From a virus (lineage: Duplodnaviria > Heunggongvirae > Uroviricota > Caudoviricetes): DNA of 20,599 nucleotides. The stretch is from the IMG/VR virus record IMGVR_UViG_2541047903_000005; one strand, 5' to 3'. The translations under genes were made by a program, and so were the position numbers. This document shows positions 1 to 9,246 of the stretch, in pieces. The number at the start of each line of letters is the position of its first letter. Positions within the stretch are counted from its first letter, which is position 1. The notes under the pieces are model-generated. The model did no database searches and had not been told where the DNA came from. It was given only the letters and a program-made list of their open reading frames with translations.

Positions 1-834
1 GAAGAGATTCGCCAGGACATGCAGCAGCGGATTGATGCGGCGCGCCGGATGTTTGCCGAAAAAGTGGCGATGTATACCGGTCTGTCTGTTGATGCAGTCA
101 CGGGAACAGAGGCCGCCGTTTTTGAAGGTCAGTCCGGCATTGAGGCCGGGCTGGCGGATGAATTAATCAATGCGTCGGATGCCATCAGCGTGATGGCTGC
201 GGCGCTGAACACACATGATACAGGAGGCACTATGCCGCAATTAACTGCAACGGAAGCCGCCGTGCAGGAGAACCAGCGAGTGATGGGGATCCTGACGTGT
301 CAGGAAGCGAAAGGACGTGAACACCTTGCCACGATGCTGGCAGGACAACAGGGCATGAGCGTTGAACAGGCCCGGGCGATTCTGACCGCGGCAGCACCAC
401 AGCAGCCGGTGGCATCCACGCAGAGTGAAGCCGATCGCATTATGGCGTGTGAAGAGGCTAAAGGTCGTGAACAACTGGCGGCAACGCTGGCGGCGATGCC
501 GGAGATGACGGTGGAAAAAGCCCGCCCGATCCTTGCGGCTGCACCACTGGCGGATGCCGGACCCTCACTCCGTGATCAGATTATGGCTCTGGATGAGGCA
601 AAAGGGGCTGAGGCGCAGGCTGAAAAACTGGCGGCGTTTCCCGGAATGACGGTGGAGGCTGCCCGCGACATTCTGTCCTCATCGCCGGATAAAGCAGAAC
701 CGGTCTCTGCATCCACAACCGCCCTGTTTGAACATTTCATGGCGAATCATTCACCGGCAGCGGTGCGGGGTGGCGTGTCACAGACGTCAGCAGACGGTGA
801 TGCGGACGTGAAAATGCTCATGGCCATGCCATGA
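1..834 (+). CDS. C: Capsid assembly protease/scaffold C, C-terminal part (5' truncated at window edge)
   Basis: Frame is open from base 1 with no stop before the first Met; position directly upstream of D and E matches lambda C/Nu3; Ala/Glu/Gln-rich scaffold-like composition. Identity is from recalled similarity and synteny, not a search. Confidence 0.75.
   Translation, partial: EEIRQDMQQRIDAARRMFAEKVAMYTGLSVDAVTGTEAAVFEGQSGIEAGLADELINASDAISVMAAALNTHDTGGTMPQLTATEAAVQENQRVMGILTCQEAKGREHLATMLAGQQGMSVEQARAILTAAAPQQPVASTQSEADRIMACEEAKGREQLAATLAAMPEMTVEKARPILAAAPLADAGPSLRDQIMALDEAKGAEAQAEKLAAFPGMTVEAARDILSSSPDKAEPVSASTTALFEHFMANHSPAAVRGGVSQTSADGDADVKMLMAMP
232..834 (+). CDS. Nu3: Scaffolding protein Nu3-like, in-frame internal start within C
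   Basis: ATG at 232 preceded by AGGAGG (222-227) at good spacing; same frame and stop as C, as for lambda Nu3; contains three ~48-aa internal repeats (ILTCQEAKGRE / IMACEEAKGRE / IMALDEAKGAE). Confidence 0.55.
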   Translation: MPQLTATEAAVQENQRVMGILTCQEAKGREHLATMLAGQQGMSVEQARAILTAAAPQQPVASTQSEADRIMACEEAKGREQLAATLAAMPEMTVEKARPILAAAPLADAGPSLRDQIMALDEAKGAEAQAEKLAAFPGMTVEAARDILSSSPDKAEPVSASTTALFEHFMANHSPAAVRGGVSQTSADGDADVKMLMAMP

Positions 835-870
835 AGTCAGTGCTGACCATCAATATGAGGTTTTTACAAT

Positions 871-1218
871 ATGGTAACGAAAACCATCACTGAACAGCGT
901 GCGGAAGTACGTATTTTTGCCGGTAATGATCCGGCTCACACCGCCACAGGCAGCAGCGGGATTTCCTCGGCAACACCGGCACTGACACCCCTGATGCTGG
1001 ATGGGGCCACCGGGAAACTGGTGGTCTGGGACGGACAGAAAGCCGGTAGTGCGGTTGGCATACTGGTACTGCCGCTTGAAGGCACAGAGGCGGTGCTGAC
1101 GTATTACAAGTCGGGGACCTTTGCGACGGAGGCAATCCGCTGGCCTGAAAGTGTGGATGAACACAAAAAGGCCAACGCCTTTACCGGCAGTGCCCTGAGT
1201 CACGCGGCGCTGCCGTAA
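871..1218 (+). CDS. D: Head decoration protein D
   Basis: 115 aa; motifs NDPAHTAT, TPLMLD, KSGTF match recalled lambda gpD; sits between C/Nu3 and E. Confidence 0.9.
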   Translation: MVTKTITEQRAEVRIFAGNDPAHTATGSSGISSATPALTPLMLDGATGKLVVWDGQKAGSAVGILVLPLEGTEAVLTYYKSGTFATEAIRWPESVDEHKKANAFTGSALSHAALP

Positions 1219-1275
1219 CACGTTATCAGGCCACCGCGTTGGCCTGACTGATTTCTTAATGAAAGGAACTGATTT

Positions 1276-2304
1276 ATGGGATTGTTTACGACCCGCCAGT
1301 TACTCAGTTATACCGAACAAAAAGTTAAATTCCGTGCGCTGTTTCTGGAGCTGTTTTTCCGCCGCACGGTGAATTTCCACACCGAAGAGGTGATGCTGGA
1401 CAAAATTACCGGAAAAACGCCGGTGGCGGCCTATGTCTCCCCGATCGTTGAAGGAAAAGTGCTTCGCCATCGCGGTGGTGAAACCCGCGTGTTACGTCCG
1501 GGCTACGTCAAGCCCAAACACGAATTTAATTACCAGCAGGCGGTTGAGCGCCTTCCTGGTGAAGATCCGGCTCAGCTGAACGACCCGGCCTACCGTCGTC
1601 TGCGTATCATTACCGATAACCTCAAACAGGAAGAGCACGCCATTGTCCAGGTGGAAGAAATGCAGGCGGTGAATGCCGTGCTGTATGGCAAATACACCAT
1701 GGAAGGGGATCAGTTTGATACTGTCGAGGTGGATTTCGGGCGCTCTGAAGGAAATAACATTGAGCAGGCTGACGGTAAAAAATGGTCTGAGCAGGACCGT
1801 GATACGTTTGATCCGACGCATGATATTGACCTCTACTGCGATCAGGCCAGCGGCCTTGTGAATATCGCCATTATGGACGGTACGGTCTGGCGTCTGCTGA
1901 ATGGCTTTAAGCTGTTCCGCGAAAAACTGGATACCCGTCGCGGCTCAAATTCACAACTCGAAACGGCAGTGAAAGACCTGGGGGCGGTGGTGTCCTTCAA
2001 GGGGTATTACGGCGATCTGGCCATTGTGGTGGCGAAAACGTCTTATGTGGCAGAGGACGGTACCGAAAAACGTTATCTGCCGGAGGGCACACTGGTCCTG
2101 GGGAATACGGCAGCAGAGGGCATTCGTTGCTATGGTGCCATTCAGGATGCGCAGGCGTTGTCCGAAGGTGTGGTGGCCTCTTCCCGTTATCCGAAACACT
2201 GGCTGACTGTGGGCGATCCGGCCCGTGAATTCACCATGACGCAGTCCGCACCGCTGATGGTGCTGCCGGATCCGGATGAGTTTGTGGTGGTACAGGTGAA
2301 ATAA
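1276..2304 (+). CDS. E: Major capsid protein E
   Basis: 342 aa; long stretches match recalled lambda gpE (YVSPIV, PGYVKPKHE, DPAYRRLRII, LDTRRGSNS, TGDPAREFTMTQSAPLM); correct synteny. Confidence 0.95.
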   Translation: MGLFTTRQLLSYTEQKVKFRALFLELFFRRTVNFHTEEVMLDKITGKTPVAAYVSPIVEGKVLRHRGGETRVLRPGYVKPKHEFNYQQAVERLPGEDPAQLNDPAYRRLRIITDNLKQEEHAIVQVEEMQAVNAVLYGKYTMEGDQFDTVEVDFGRSEGNNIEQADGKKWSEQDRDTFDPTHDIDLYCDQASGLVNIAIMDGTVWRLLNGFKLFREKLDTRRGSNSQLETAVKDLGAVVSFKGYYGDLAIVVAKTSYVAEDGTEKRYLPEGTLVLGNTAAEGIRCYGAIQDAQALSEGVVASSRYPKHWLTVGDPAREFTMTQSAPLMVLPDPDEFVVVQVK

Positions 2305-2312
2305 TCCGTGAG

Positions 2313-2341
2313 CGGGGGCGAAATGCCCCCGTGTCTTTTTT
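2313..2341 (+). terminator. GC-rich hairpin (CGGGGGC-gaaat-GCCCCCG) followed by a T-run, just after the capsid gene
   Basis: Perfect 7-bp stem, 5-nt loop, then tgtcTTTTTT read directly from the sequence; could act as a partial terminator or mRNA stabiliser inside the late operon. Confidence 0.4.
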
Positions 2342-2355
2342 CACAGGAGGCTGAG

Positions 2356-2739
2356 ATGGCAACAAAAGAAGAAAATCTGAATCGTCTTCGTCAACTGGCT
2401 GGCCTGCTGGGGCGCGAGGCGGATATGTCGGGGAGTGCTGCGGATATTGCTCAACGTGTGTCTGAGTGGGAAGAGGAGCTTGCTGTTTCCCCGGAGGGCA
2501 TTATGCACTCTGATGAGAGCGGGGCTGATCAAAATCACACAGACGATGGTGAGCAGTTGCACAACACTGATGCTACGGATGATGTTAAAGCGGTCCGTGT
2601 GCGGAAATGCCTGCATGTGATGGGGTATTGCCCGGAGACAGGCCGTCCCGTTGAACTGACGTACCGGGGCATGCGTGTTATGGTGCCATCACCACTGGCG
2701 ACAGCCATGATACAGCACGGAACGGCTGAGCATGCGTGA
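2356..2739 (+). CDS. FI: DNA packaging / head assembly protein FI-like
   Basis: ATG at 2356 preceded by AGGAGG (2346-2351); ORF track gives an upstream in-frame start at 2308 with no RBS; acidic central region; position between E and FII as in lambda. Confidence 0.7.
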   Translation: MATKEENLNRLRQLAGLLGREADMSGSAADIAQRVSEWEEELAVSPEGIMHSDESGADQNHTDDGEQLHNTDATDDVKAVRVRKCLHVMGYCPETGRPVELTYRGMRVMVPSPLATAMIQHGTAEHA

Positions 2740-3085
2740 TTTTCAGAATGCCTTTGATGCTGCCCTTGCCGGGGTGGACAGCACGATTGTTGAAGTGATG
2801 GGGCTCTGTGCGCAGTTCACCTCGGGAGCACAGCGTGGAAGCGAAGTTCAGGGGGTTTTTGACGATCCGGAGTCGCTGGGTTTTGCCGGTGGCGGGGTCC
2901 GTATTGAAGGAAGCAGCCCGTCATTATTTGTGCGGACGGATACGGTGCGTGCCGTGCGGCGTGGTGACACGCTGACCATTAACGGCGAGATGTTCTGGGT
3001 GGATCGTGTTTCTCCGGATGACGGGGGCAGCTGTTATCTCTGGCTCAACCGTGGGCAACCACCCGCTGTTAACCGGCGACGATAA
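2732..3085 (+). CDS. FII: Head-tail connector (head completion) protein FII
   Basis: 117 aa; GVFDDPE, GSSPSLFVRTD, WVDRVSPDDGGSC, PPAVNRRR match recalled lambda gpFII; start overlaps FI stop (ATGCGTGA). Confidence 0.9.
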   Translation: MRDFQNAFDAALAGVDSTIVEVMGLCAQFTSGAQRGSEVQGVFDDPESLGFAGGGVRIEGSSPSLFVRTDTVRAVRRGDTLTINGEMFWVDRVSPDDGGSCYLWLNRGQPPAVNRRR

Positions 3086-3100
3086 ACGCAGGGTGAAATT

Positions 3101-3634
3101 ATGGCGATAAAAGGGCTTGATCAGGCGATTGATAATCTGAGCCGGGTTCGTAAAAACGCCATTCCGGCGGCTTCAGCAATGACGATTAACCGCGTGGCCA
3201 CAACGGCGATTAATCAGTCTTCATCACAGGTTGCCCGGGAGACAAAGGTACGCCGGAAACTGGTAAAGGAACGGTCCAGACTGAAACGGGCGACGGTCAG
3301 AAATCCGAATGCCAGAATTATCGTTAACCGCGGTGATCTTCCAGTGATTAAGCTGGGGATCAGGATGCTGGGCCGTCGTCCGAACAGCATACTTAAAGCC
3401 GGTCAGCATCGGTATCAGCGGGCATTCATTCAGCGATTAAAAAACGGTCTCTGGCATGTCATGCAGCGTGTGGCCGGGAAAAACCGTTACCCTATTGATG
3501 TGGTGAAAATCCCGATGGCGGCCCCACTGAAACAGGCATTTGATGAGAATATTGACCGTATCCGGCGTGAACGCCTGCCTAAAGAACTGGCATACGCGCT
3601 GAAACAACAACTGAGGATTGCGATAAAACGATGA
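3101..3634 (+). CDS. Z: Minor tail protein Z (tail completion)
   Basis: Starts MAIKGL, contains SQVARETKVRRKLVKER and HVMQRVAGKNRYPIDVVKIPMA, as recalled for lambda gpZ. Confidence 0.9.
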   Translation: MAIKGLDQAIDNLSRVRKNAIPAASAMTINRVATTAINQSSSQVARETKVRRKLVKERSRLKRATVRNPNARIIVNRGDLPVIKLGIRMLGRRPNSILKAGQHRYQRAFIQRLKNGLWHVMQRVAGKNRYPIDVVKIPMAAPLKQAFDENIDRIRRERLPKELAYALKQQLRIAIKR

Positions 3635-4026
3635 AACACACTGACATTCGTGCCGCAGTGCTGGATGCACTCGAGCAGCATGAACACGGGGCGACGCTGT
3701 TTGATGGTCGCCCCGTTGTTTTTGACGAAGAGGATTTTCCTGCGATCGCGGTTTATCTGACGGATGCAGAGTATACCGGTGAAGAGCTGGATGCAGATAC
3801 CTGGCGGGCCACGCTGCATATTGAGGTATTTTTACCGGCACAGGTACCGGATTCAGAGCTTGATCAGTGGATGGAAAGCCGGATTTACCCGGCGATGACT
3901 GCGATCCCGGCACTGGCAGGACTGATTACCACGATGGTTACGCAGGGCTATGAGTATCGTCGTGATGACGATATGGCGTTATGGAGTTCTGCAGATCTGA
4001 CTTATTCCATTACATACGAGATGTGA
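3631..4026 (+). CDS. U: Tail tube terminator protein U
   Basis: Starts [16 protein letters not shown], ends SSADLTY.ITYEM like lambda gpU; ATGA overlap with Z. Confidence 0.9.
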   Translation: MKHTDIRAAVLDALEQHEHGATLFDGRPVVFDEEDFPAIAVYLTDAEYTGEELDADTWRATLHIEVFLPAQVPDSELDQWMESRIYPAMTAIPALAGLITTMVTQGYEYRRDDDMALWSSADLTYSITYEM

Positions 4027-4033
4027 GGACGAT

Positions 4034-4780
4034 ATGGCAACACCAAATCCCCTGGAGCCGGTAAAAGGTGCCGGTACCACTCTGTGGGTTTACAACGGCA
4101 AGGCTGATGCTTATGCAAACCCGTTGTCAGACGATGACTGGCAGCGACTGGCTAAGGTGAAGGATCTGACGCCGGGCGAGATGACGGCTGAATCCTACGA
4201 TGATAACTACCTGGATGATGAAGACGCGGACTGGAGCGCGACCGGGCAGGGGCAGAAATCTGCAGGTGATACCAGTTTTACGCTAGCCTGGAAACCGGGA
4301 GAGGAAGGCCAGAAAGGGCTTATAGGCTGGTTTGAAAGCGGCGATGTCCGGGCCTATAAAATCCGTTTTCCGAATGGCACGGTGGATGTGTTTCGTGGCT
4401 GGGTCAGCAGTATCGGTAAGGCCGTGACGGCGAAAGAAGTGATCACCCGCACGGTGAAAGTCACTAACGTGGGTAAACCTTCTGTAGCGGAAGAACGCAG
4501 CAAAATTACGCCGGTCACTGCGATTAAGGTAACGCCGACAGGTACGGTTGAAAAAGGGAAAACAACCACCCTGACCGTTACTGTGGAACCGGAAAATGCA
4601 ACGGATAAGACATTCAGGGCGATTTCCGCCGATCCATCAAAAGCCACCATTAGCGTGAAAGATATGACGATTACTGTGACGGGGGTTAAGGATGGAAAAG
4701 TCAGCATCCCTGTGATTTCCGGTAATGGTCAGTTTGCTGCGGTGGCTGAAATTACCGTTAATAATGTGCCGGGTGGCTAA
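4034..4780 (+). CDS. V: Major tail tube protein V with C-terminal Ig-like domain
   Basis: [51 protein letters not shown] match recalled lambda gpV; C-terminal ~90 aa is Thr/Val-rich and Ig-like (Big_2-type). Confidence 0.95.
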   Translation: MATPNPLEPVKGAGTTLWVYNGKADAYANPLSDDDWQRLAKVKDLTPGEMTAESYDDNYLDDEDADWSATGQGQKSAGDTSFTLAWKPGEEGQKGLIGWFESGDVRAYKIRFPNGTVDVFRGWVSSIGKAVTAKEVITRTVKVTNVGKPSVAEERSKITPVTAIKVTPTGTVEKGKTTTLTVTVEPENATDKTFRAISADPSKATISVKDMTITVTGVKDGKVSIPVISGNGQFAAVAEITVNNVPGG

Positions 4781-4798
4781 AGAGCTGAGAGATAAGCG

Positions 4799-5230
4799 AT
4801 GTTCCTGAAAACAGAACAATTTGAATATAACGGTGTATCCGTCACGCTTTCTGAGCTGTCTGCGCTGCAGCGTATTGAGCATCTTGCCCTCCTGAAACGG
4901 CGGGCAGAAGAGGCTGAAGCCAGCGGCAACCTGCAGGTGAGTGTGGAAGATCTTGTCAGAACCGGCGCGTTTCTGGTGGCGATGTCCCTGTGGCATAACC
5001 ATCCACAGAAAACGCAGTCACCGTCAATGAATGAGGCCGTGATGAAGATAGAGCAGGAAGTGCTCACCACCTGGCCTGCCGATGCCATTGCCCGGGCGGA
5101 AGACGTGGTGTTGTGCCTGTCCGGGATGATCGAAGCTGTTCGTCCGGATACTGATATTACTGAAGTGGCGAAAAATAACACGCTGACTGATGATGATTTT
5201 TCTGCGGGAAAGTCTTCGACGGCGAGCTGA
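4799..5230 (+). CDS. G: Tail assembly chaperone G
   Basis: Starts MFLKTE.FE.NGV.VTLSELSALQRIEHLAL as recalled for lambda gpG; 143 aa. Confidence 0.9.
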   Translation: MFLKTEQFEYNGVSVTLSELSALQRIEHLALLKRRAEEAEASGNLQVSVEDLVRTGAFLVAMSLWHNHPQKTQSPSMNEAVMKIEQEVLTTWPADAIARAEDVVLCLSGMIEAVRPDTDITEVAKNNTLTDDDFSAGKSSTAS

Positions 5231-5670
5231 ACTTTGCCCTCAGACTGGCGCGTGAGATGGGGAGACCCGACTGGCGCGCCATGCTTGCCGGGATGACATC
5301 CACCGAATATGCCGACTGGCACCGTTTTTACCGCACGCATTATTTTCAGGATACCCAGCTGGATATGCATTTTTCCGGGCTGACGTACGCTGTACTCAGC
5401 CTGTTTTTTTGCGATCCGGATATGCATCCCTCTGATTTCAGTCTGCTTGTCCCCCGGCATGAGGAAGAGCAGGTGGAGAGGCCGGATGAGGACAAAATGC
5501 TGATGCAGAAAGCGGCAGGACTTGCCGGAGGCGTCCGGTTCGGTGGGGACGGAGGGCGCGATATTTTATCGTCTGCGGATGTGGCGGATGTCATGGTGGA
5601 TGATGCCGCATTAATGATGGCTTCAGCGGGGATTCCGGGAGGTGTGAGATATGTCCCAGCCGGTTGGTGA
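4799..5670 (+). CDS. GT: Tail assembly chaperone G-T fusion made by programmed -1 ribosomal frameshift
   Basis: Slippery heptamer G GGA AAG at 5206-5212 in the G frame; the -1 frame is the one that is open through to the stop at 5670 (ORF-track ORF 5257..5670); arrangement is that established for lambda G/G-T. Confidence 0.8.
5206..5212 (+). other. -1 frameshift slippery site GGGAAAG
   Basis: Read from the sequence (ttctgcGGGAAAGtcttc), 18 nt before the G stop codon. Confidence 0.8.
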
Positions 5671-8212
5671 TCTTGTTATTGACCTTAGTCTGGATGCTGT
5701 CCGTTTCGATGAGCAGATGAGCCGGGTAAGGCGTCATTTTTCAGGTCTGGATACCGACGCCAGAAAAACCGCCAGTGCTGTTGAACAGGGCCTGAGCCGC
5801 CAGGCGCTGGCTGCACAAAAAGCCGGGATTTCCGTCGGGCAGTATAAAGCGGCCATGCGAACCCTGCCCGCACAGTTTACGGATATCGCCACGCAGCTTG
5901 CCGGTGGTCAGAATCCCTGGCTGATCCTGCTGCAACAGGGCGGTCAGGTGAAGGACTCCTTCGGCGGGATGATCCCCATGTTCAGGGGGCTTGCCGGTGC
6001 GATCACCCTGCCGATGGTCGGGGTCACCTCGCTGGCGGTGGCGACAGGTGCGCTGGTGTACGCCTGGTACCAGGGAGATTCCACGCTTTCAGCGTTTAAT
6101 AAAACCCTGGTTCTTTCCGGTAATCAGTCCGGACTGACTGCCGATCGCATGCTGACGCTCTCCAGAGCCGGACAGGCCGCAGGGCTGACGTTTAACCAGG
6201 CGAGTGAGTCACTGGCAGCCCTGGTGAATGCCGGTGTGCGTGGTGGTGAACAGTTTGATGCCATCAACCAGAGTGTCGCGCGTTTTGCTTCTGCATCCGG
6301 TGTGGAGGTGGACAAGGTTGCAGAGGCTTTCGGAAAACTGACCACTGACCCGACGTCGGGGCTGATGGCGATGGCGAAGCAGTTCCATAACGTGACGGCG
6401 GAGCAGATTGCGTATGTTGCTCAGTTGCAGCGTTCCGGCGATGAAACCGGGGCATTGCAGGCGGCGAACGAGGCCGCAACGAAAGGGTTTGATGACCAGA
6501 CCCGCCGCCTGAAAGAGAACATGGGCACGCTGGAGACCTGGGCAGACAGGACAGCGCGGGCATTCAAATCCATGTGGGATGCGGTGCTGGATATTGGTCG
6601 TCCTGATACCGCGCAGGAGATGCTGATTAAGGCAGAGGCTGCGTTTAAGAAAGCAGACGACATCTGGAATCTGCGCAAGGATGATTATTTTGTTAACGAT
6701 GAAGCGCGGGCGCGTTACTGGGATGATCGTGAAAAGGCCCGTCTTGCGCTTGAAGCCGCCCGAAAGAAGGCTGAGCAGCAGACTCAACAGGACAAAAATG
6801 CGCAGCAGCAGAGCGATACCGAAGCGTCACGGCTGAAATATACCGAAGAGGCGCAGAAGGCTTACGAACGGCTGCAGACGCCGCTGGAGAAATATACCGC
6901 CCGTCAGGAAGAACTGAACAAGGCACTGAAAGACGGGAAAATCCTGCAGGCGGATTACAACACGCTGATGGCGGCGGCGAAAAAGGATTATGAAGCGACG
7001 CTGAAAAAGCCGAAACAGTCCGGCGTGAAGGTGTCTGCGGGCGATCGTCAGGAAGACAGTGCTCATGCTGCCCTGCTGACGCTTCAGGCAGAACTCCGGA
7101 CGCTGGAGAAGCATGCCGGAGCGAATGAGAAAATCAGCCAGCAGCGCCGGGATTTGTGGAAGGCGGAGAGTCAGTTCGCGGTACTGGAGGAGGCGGCGCA
7201 ACGTCGCCAGCTGTCTGCACAGGAGAAATCCCTGCTGGCGCATAAAGATGAGACGCTGGAGTACAAACGCCAGCTGGCTGCACTTGGCGACAAGGTTACG
7301 TATCAGGAGCGCCTGAACGCGCTGGCGCAGCAGGCGGATAAATTCGCACAGCAGCAACGGGCAAAACGGGCCGCTATTGATGCGAAAAGCCGGGGGCTGA
7401 CTGACCGGCAGGCAGAACGGGAAGCCACGGAACAGCGCCTGAAGGAACAGTATGGCGATAATCCTCTGGCGCTGAATAACGTCATGTCAGAGCAGAAAAA
7501 GACCTGGGCGGCTGAAGACCTGCTTCGCGGGAACTGGATGGCAGGCCTCAGGTCCGGCTGGAGTGAGTGGGAAGAGAGTGCCACGGACAGTATGTCGCAG
7601 GTTAAAAGTGCTGCCACGCAGACCTTTGATGGTATTGCGCAGAATATGGCGGCGATGCTGACCGGCAGTGAACAGAACTGGCGCAGCTTCACCCGCTCCG
7701 TGCTGTCCATGATGACAGAAATTCTGCTTAAGCAGGCAATGGTGGGGATTGTCGGGAGTATCGGCAGCGCTATTGGCGGGGCTGTTGGTGGCGGCGCATC
7801 CGCGTCAGGCGGTACAGCCATTCAGGCAGCTGCGGCGAAATTCCATTTTGCGACCGGAGGATTTACGGGAACCGGCGGCAAATATGAACCTGCGGGGATT
7901 GTTCATCGCGGGGAGTTTGTCTTCACGAAGGAGGCGACCAGCCGGATTGGTGTCGGCAATCTGTACCGCCTGATGCGGGGCTATGCGGAAGGTGGTTATG
8001 TCGGCGGTGCCGGAAGTCCGGCGCAGATGCGGCGGGCGGAAGGCATTAATTTTAATCAGAACAATCACGTGGTGATTCAGAACGACGGCCCCAACGGGCG
8101 GGCAGGGCCGCAGCTGATGAAAGCGGTGTATGAGATGGCCCGCAAGGGGGCACAGGATGAACTCCGGCTGCAGTTGCGTGATGGCGGTATGTTATCAGGG
8201 AGCGGTGGATGA
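5651..8212 (+). CDS. H: Tail tape measure protein H
   Basis: 853 aa; appears almost collinear with recalled lambda gpH over long stretches (GISVGQYKAAMR, LILLQQGGQVKDSFGGMIPMF, coiled-coil middle, Gly-rich C-terminal part); start overlaps the end of the T frame. Confidence 0.95.
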   Translation: MSQPVGDLVIDLSLDAVRFDEQMSRVRRHFSGLDTDARKTASAVEQGLSRQALAAQKAGISVGQYKAAMRTLPAQFTDIATQLAGGQNPWLILLQQGGQVKDSFGGMIPMFRGLAGAITLPMVGVTSLAVATGALVYAWYQGDSTLSAFNKTLVLSGNQSGLTADRMLTLSRAGQAAGLTFNQASESLAALVNAGVRGGEQFDAINQSVARFASASGVEVDKVAEAFGKLTTDPTSGLMAMAKQFHNVTAEQIAYVAQLQRSGDETGALQAANEAATKGFDDQTRRLKENMGTLETWADRTARAFKSMWDAVLDIGRPDTAQEMLIKAEAAFKKADDIWNLRKDDYFVNDEARARYWDDREKARLALEAARKKAEQQTQQDKNAQQQSDTEASRLKYTEEAQKAYERLQTPLEKYTARQEELNKALKDGKILQADYNTLMAAAKKDYEATLKKPKQSGVKVSAGDRQEDSAHAALLTLQAELRTLEKHAGANEKISQQRRDLWKAESQFAVLEEAAQRRQLSAQEKSLLAHKDETLEYKRQLAALGDKVTYQERLNALAQQADKFAQQQRAKRAAIDAKSRGLTDRQAEREATEQRLKEQYGDNPLALNNVMSEQKKTWAAEDLLRGNWMAGLRSGWSEWEESATDSMSQVKSAATQTFDGIAQNMAAMLTGSEQNWRSFTRSVLSMMTEILLKQAMVGIVGSIGSAIGGAVGGGASASGGTAIQAAAAKFHFATGGFTGTGGKYEPAGIVHRGEFVFTKEATSRIGVGNLYRLMRGYAEGGYVGGAGSPAQMRRAEGINFNQNNHVVIQNDGPNGRAGPQLMKAVYEMARKGAQDELRLQLRDGGMLSGSGG

Positions 8213-8538
8213 AAACCTTTCGCTGGAAAGTGAAGCCGGATATGGAGGTGAACTCGCAGCCATCGGTGCGTGAAGTGCGTTTTGGTTACGGGTACTCACA
8301 GCGTATGGCGGCAGGGCTGAATGCTGACCTGAAAACATACAGGGTGACGCTTTCCGTGACCCGGGAGGAGGCCCGGCATCTGGAAGCGTTCCTGGCAGAG
8401 CACGGTGGCTGGAAGGCATTTTTGTGGAAGCCACCCTATGCATACCGGCAGATAAAGGTGACCTGTGCCGGGTGGTCTGCGCGGGTCGGGATGTTGCGCG
8501 TTGAGTTCAGCGCGGAGTTTAAGCAGGTGGTGAACTGA
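8209..8538 (+). CDS. M: Minor tail protein M
   Basis: Starts MKTFRWKVKP, ends LRVEFSAEF.QVVN as in lambda gpM; ATGA overlap with H. Confidence 0.9.
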   Translation: MKTFRWKVKPDMEVNSQPSVREVRFGYGYSQRMAAGLNADLKTYRVTLSVTREEARHLEAFLAEHGGWKAFLWKPPYAYRQIKVTCAGWSARVGMLRVEFSAEFKQVVN

Positions 8539-9236
8539 TGCAGGATATTCGCGAAGAAAGTCTGAACGAGTCGGTTAAGTCAGAGCAGTCACCGCGGGTG
8601 GTACTCTGGGAAATCGACCTGACGGTGCAGGGCGGTGAGCGGTATTTTTTCTGCAATGAGCTGAATGAAAAAGGGGAGCCGGTGACCTGGCAGGGGCGTG
8701 AATATCAGGCGTACCCGATTGAGGGGAGTGGCTTTGAGATGAACGGGAAGGGCAGCAGTGCCAGACCATCGCTGACGGTGTCCAATCTGTTTGGTCTGGT
8801 CACCGGGATGGCGGAAGACCTGCAGAGTCTGGTGGGGGCCACGGTGGTCCGCCGCCGGGTGTATGCCCGTTTTCTGGATGCGGTGAATTTCGTTGCGGGC
8901 AATCCGGAGGCGGACCCGGAGCAGGAGCTGAGTGACCGCTGGGTGGTGGAGCAGATGTCGCAGCTGACAGCCATGACGGCCTCGTTTGTGCTGGCCACAC
9001 CGACCGAGACGGACGGGGCGCTGTTTCCCGGTCGTATCATGCTGGCGAACACCTGTATGTGGACCTACCGCTCTGATGAGTGTGGTTACACGGGCGGGGC
9101 TGTGGCGGATGAGTTCGATAAACCCACCACGGATATCCGTAAGGACAGATGCAGCAAGTGCATGCGCGGGTGTGAACTGCGCAGGAATGTCGGCAATTTT
9201 GGCGGTTTCCTTTCCATTAATAAACTTTCGCAGTAA
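8538..9236 (+). CDS. L: Minor tail protein L
   Basis: Starts MQDIR, contains VVLWEIDLT, RYFFCNE.NEKGEPVTWQGR, Cys-rich C-terminus ending GNFGGFLSINKLSQ, as in lambda gpL. Confidence 0.9.
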   Translation: MQDIREESLNESVKSEQSPRVVLWEIDLTVQGGERYFFCNELNEKGEPVTWQGREYQAYPIEGSGFEMNGKGSSARPSLTVSNLFGLVTGMAEDLQSLVGATVVRRRVYARFLDAVNFVAGNPEADPEQELSDRWVVEQMSQLTAMTASFVLATPTETDGALFPGRIMLANTCMWTYRSDECGYTGGAVADEFDKPTTDIRKDRCSKCMRGCELRRNVGNFGGFLSINKLSQ

Positions 9237-9246
9237 ATCCCGGTTT

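Noticed and set aside
2308-2355. Upstream in-frame start (2308) for FI
   Set aside because: No Shine-Dalgarno before 2308 and it overlaps the post-E hairpin; ATG 2356 has an AGGAGG RBS. The longer form cannot be fully excluded.
4777-5460. 227-aa minus-strand ORF spanning the V/G/T region
   Set aside because: Antisense to G and the G-T frameshift region, both supported by similarity and the slippery-site logic; no RBS.
5741-7821. Long antisense ORFs inside tape measure gene H (6209..6787 -, 6827..7357 -, 7303..7821 - and others)
   Set aside because: Shadow ORFs opposite a well-supported + strand gene; R/P/C/H-rich translations typical of non-coding frames in GC-rich DNA.
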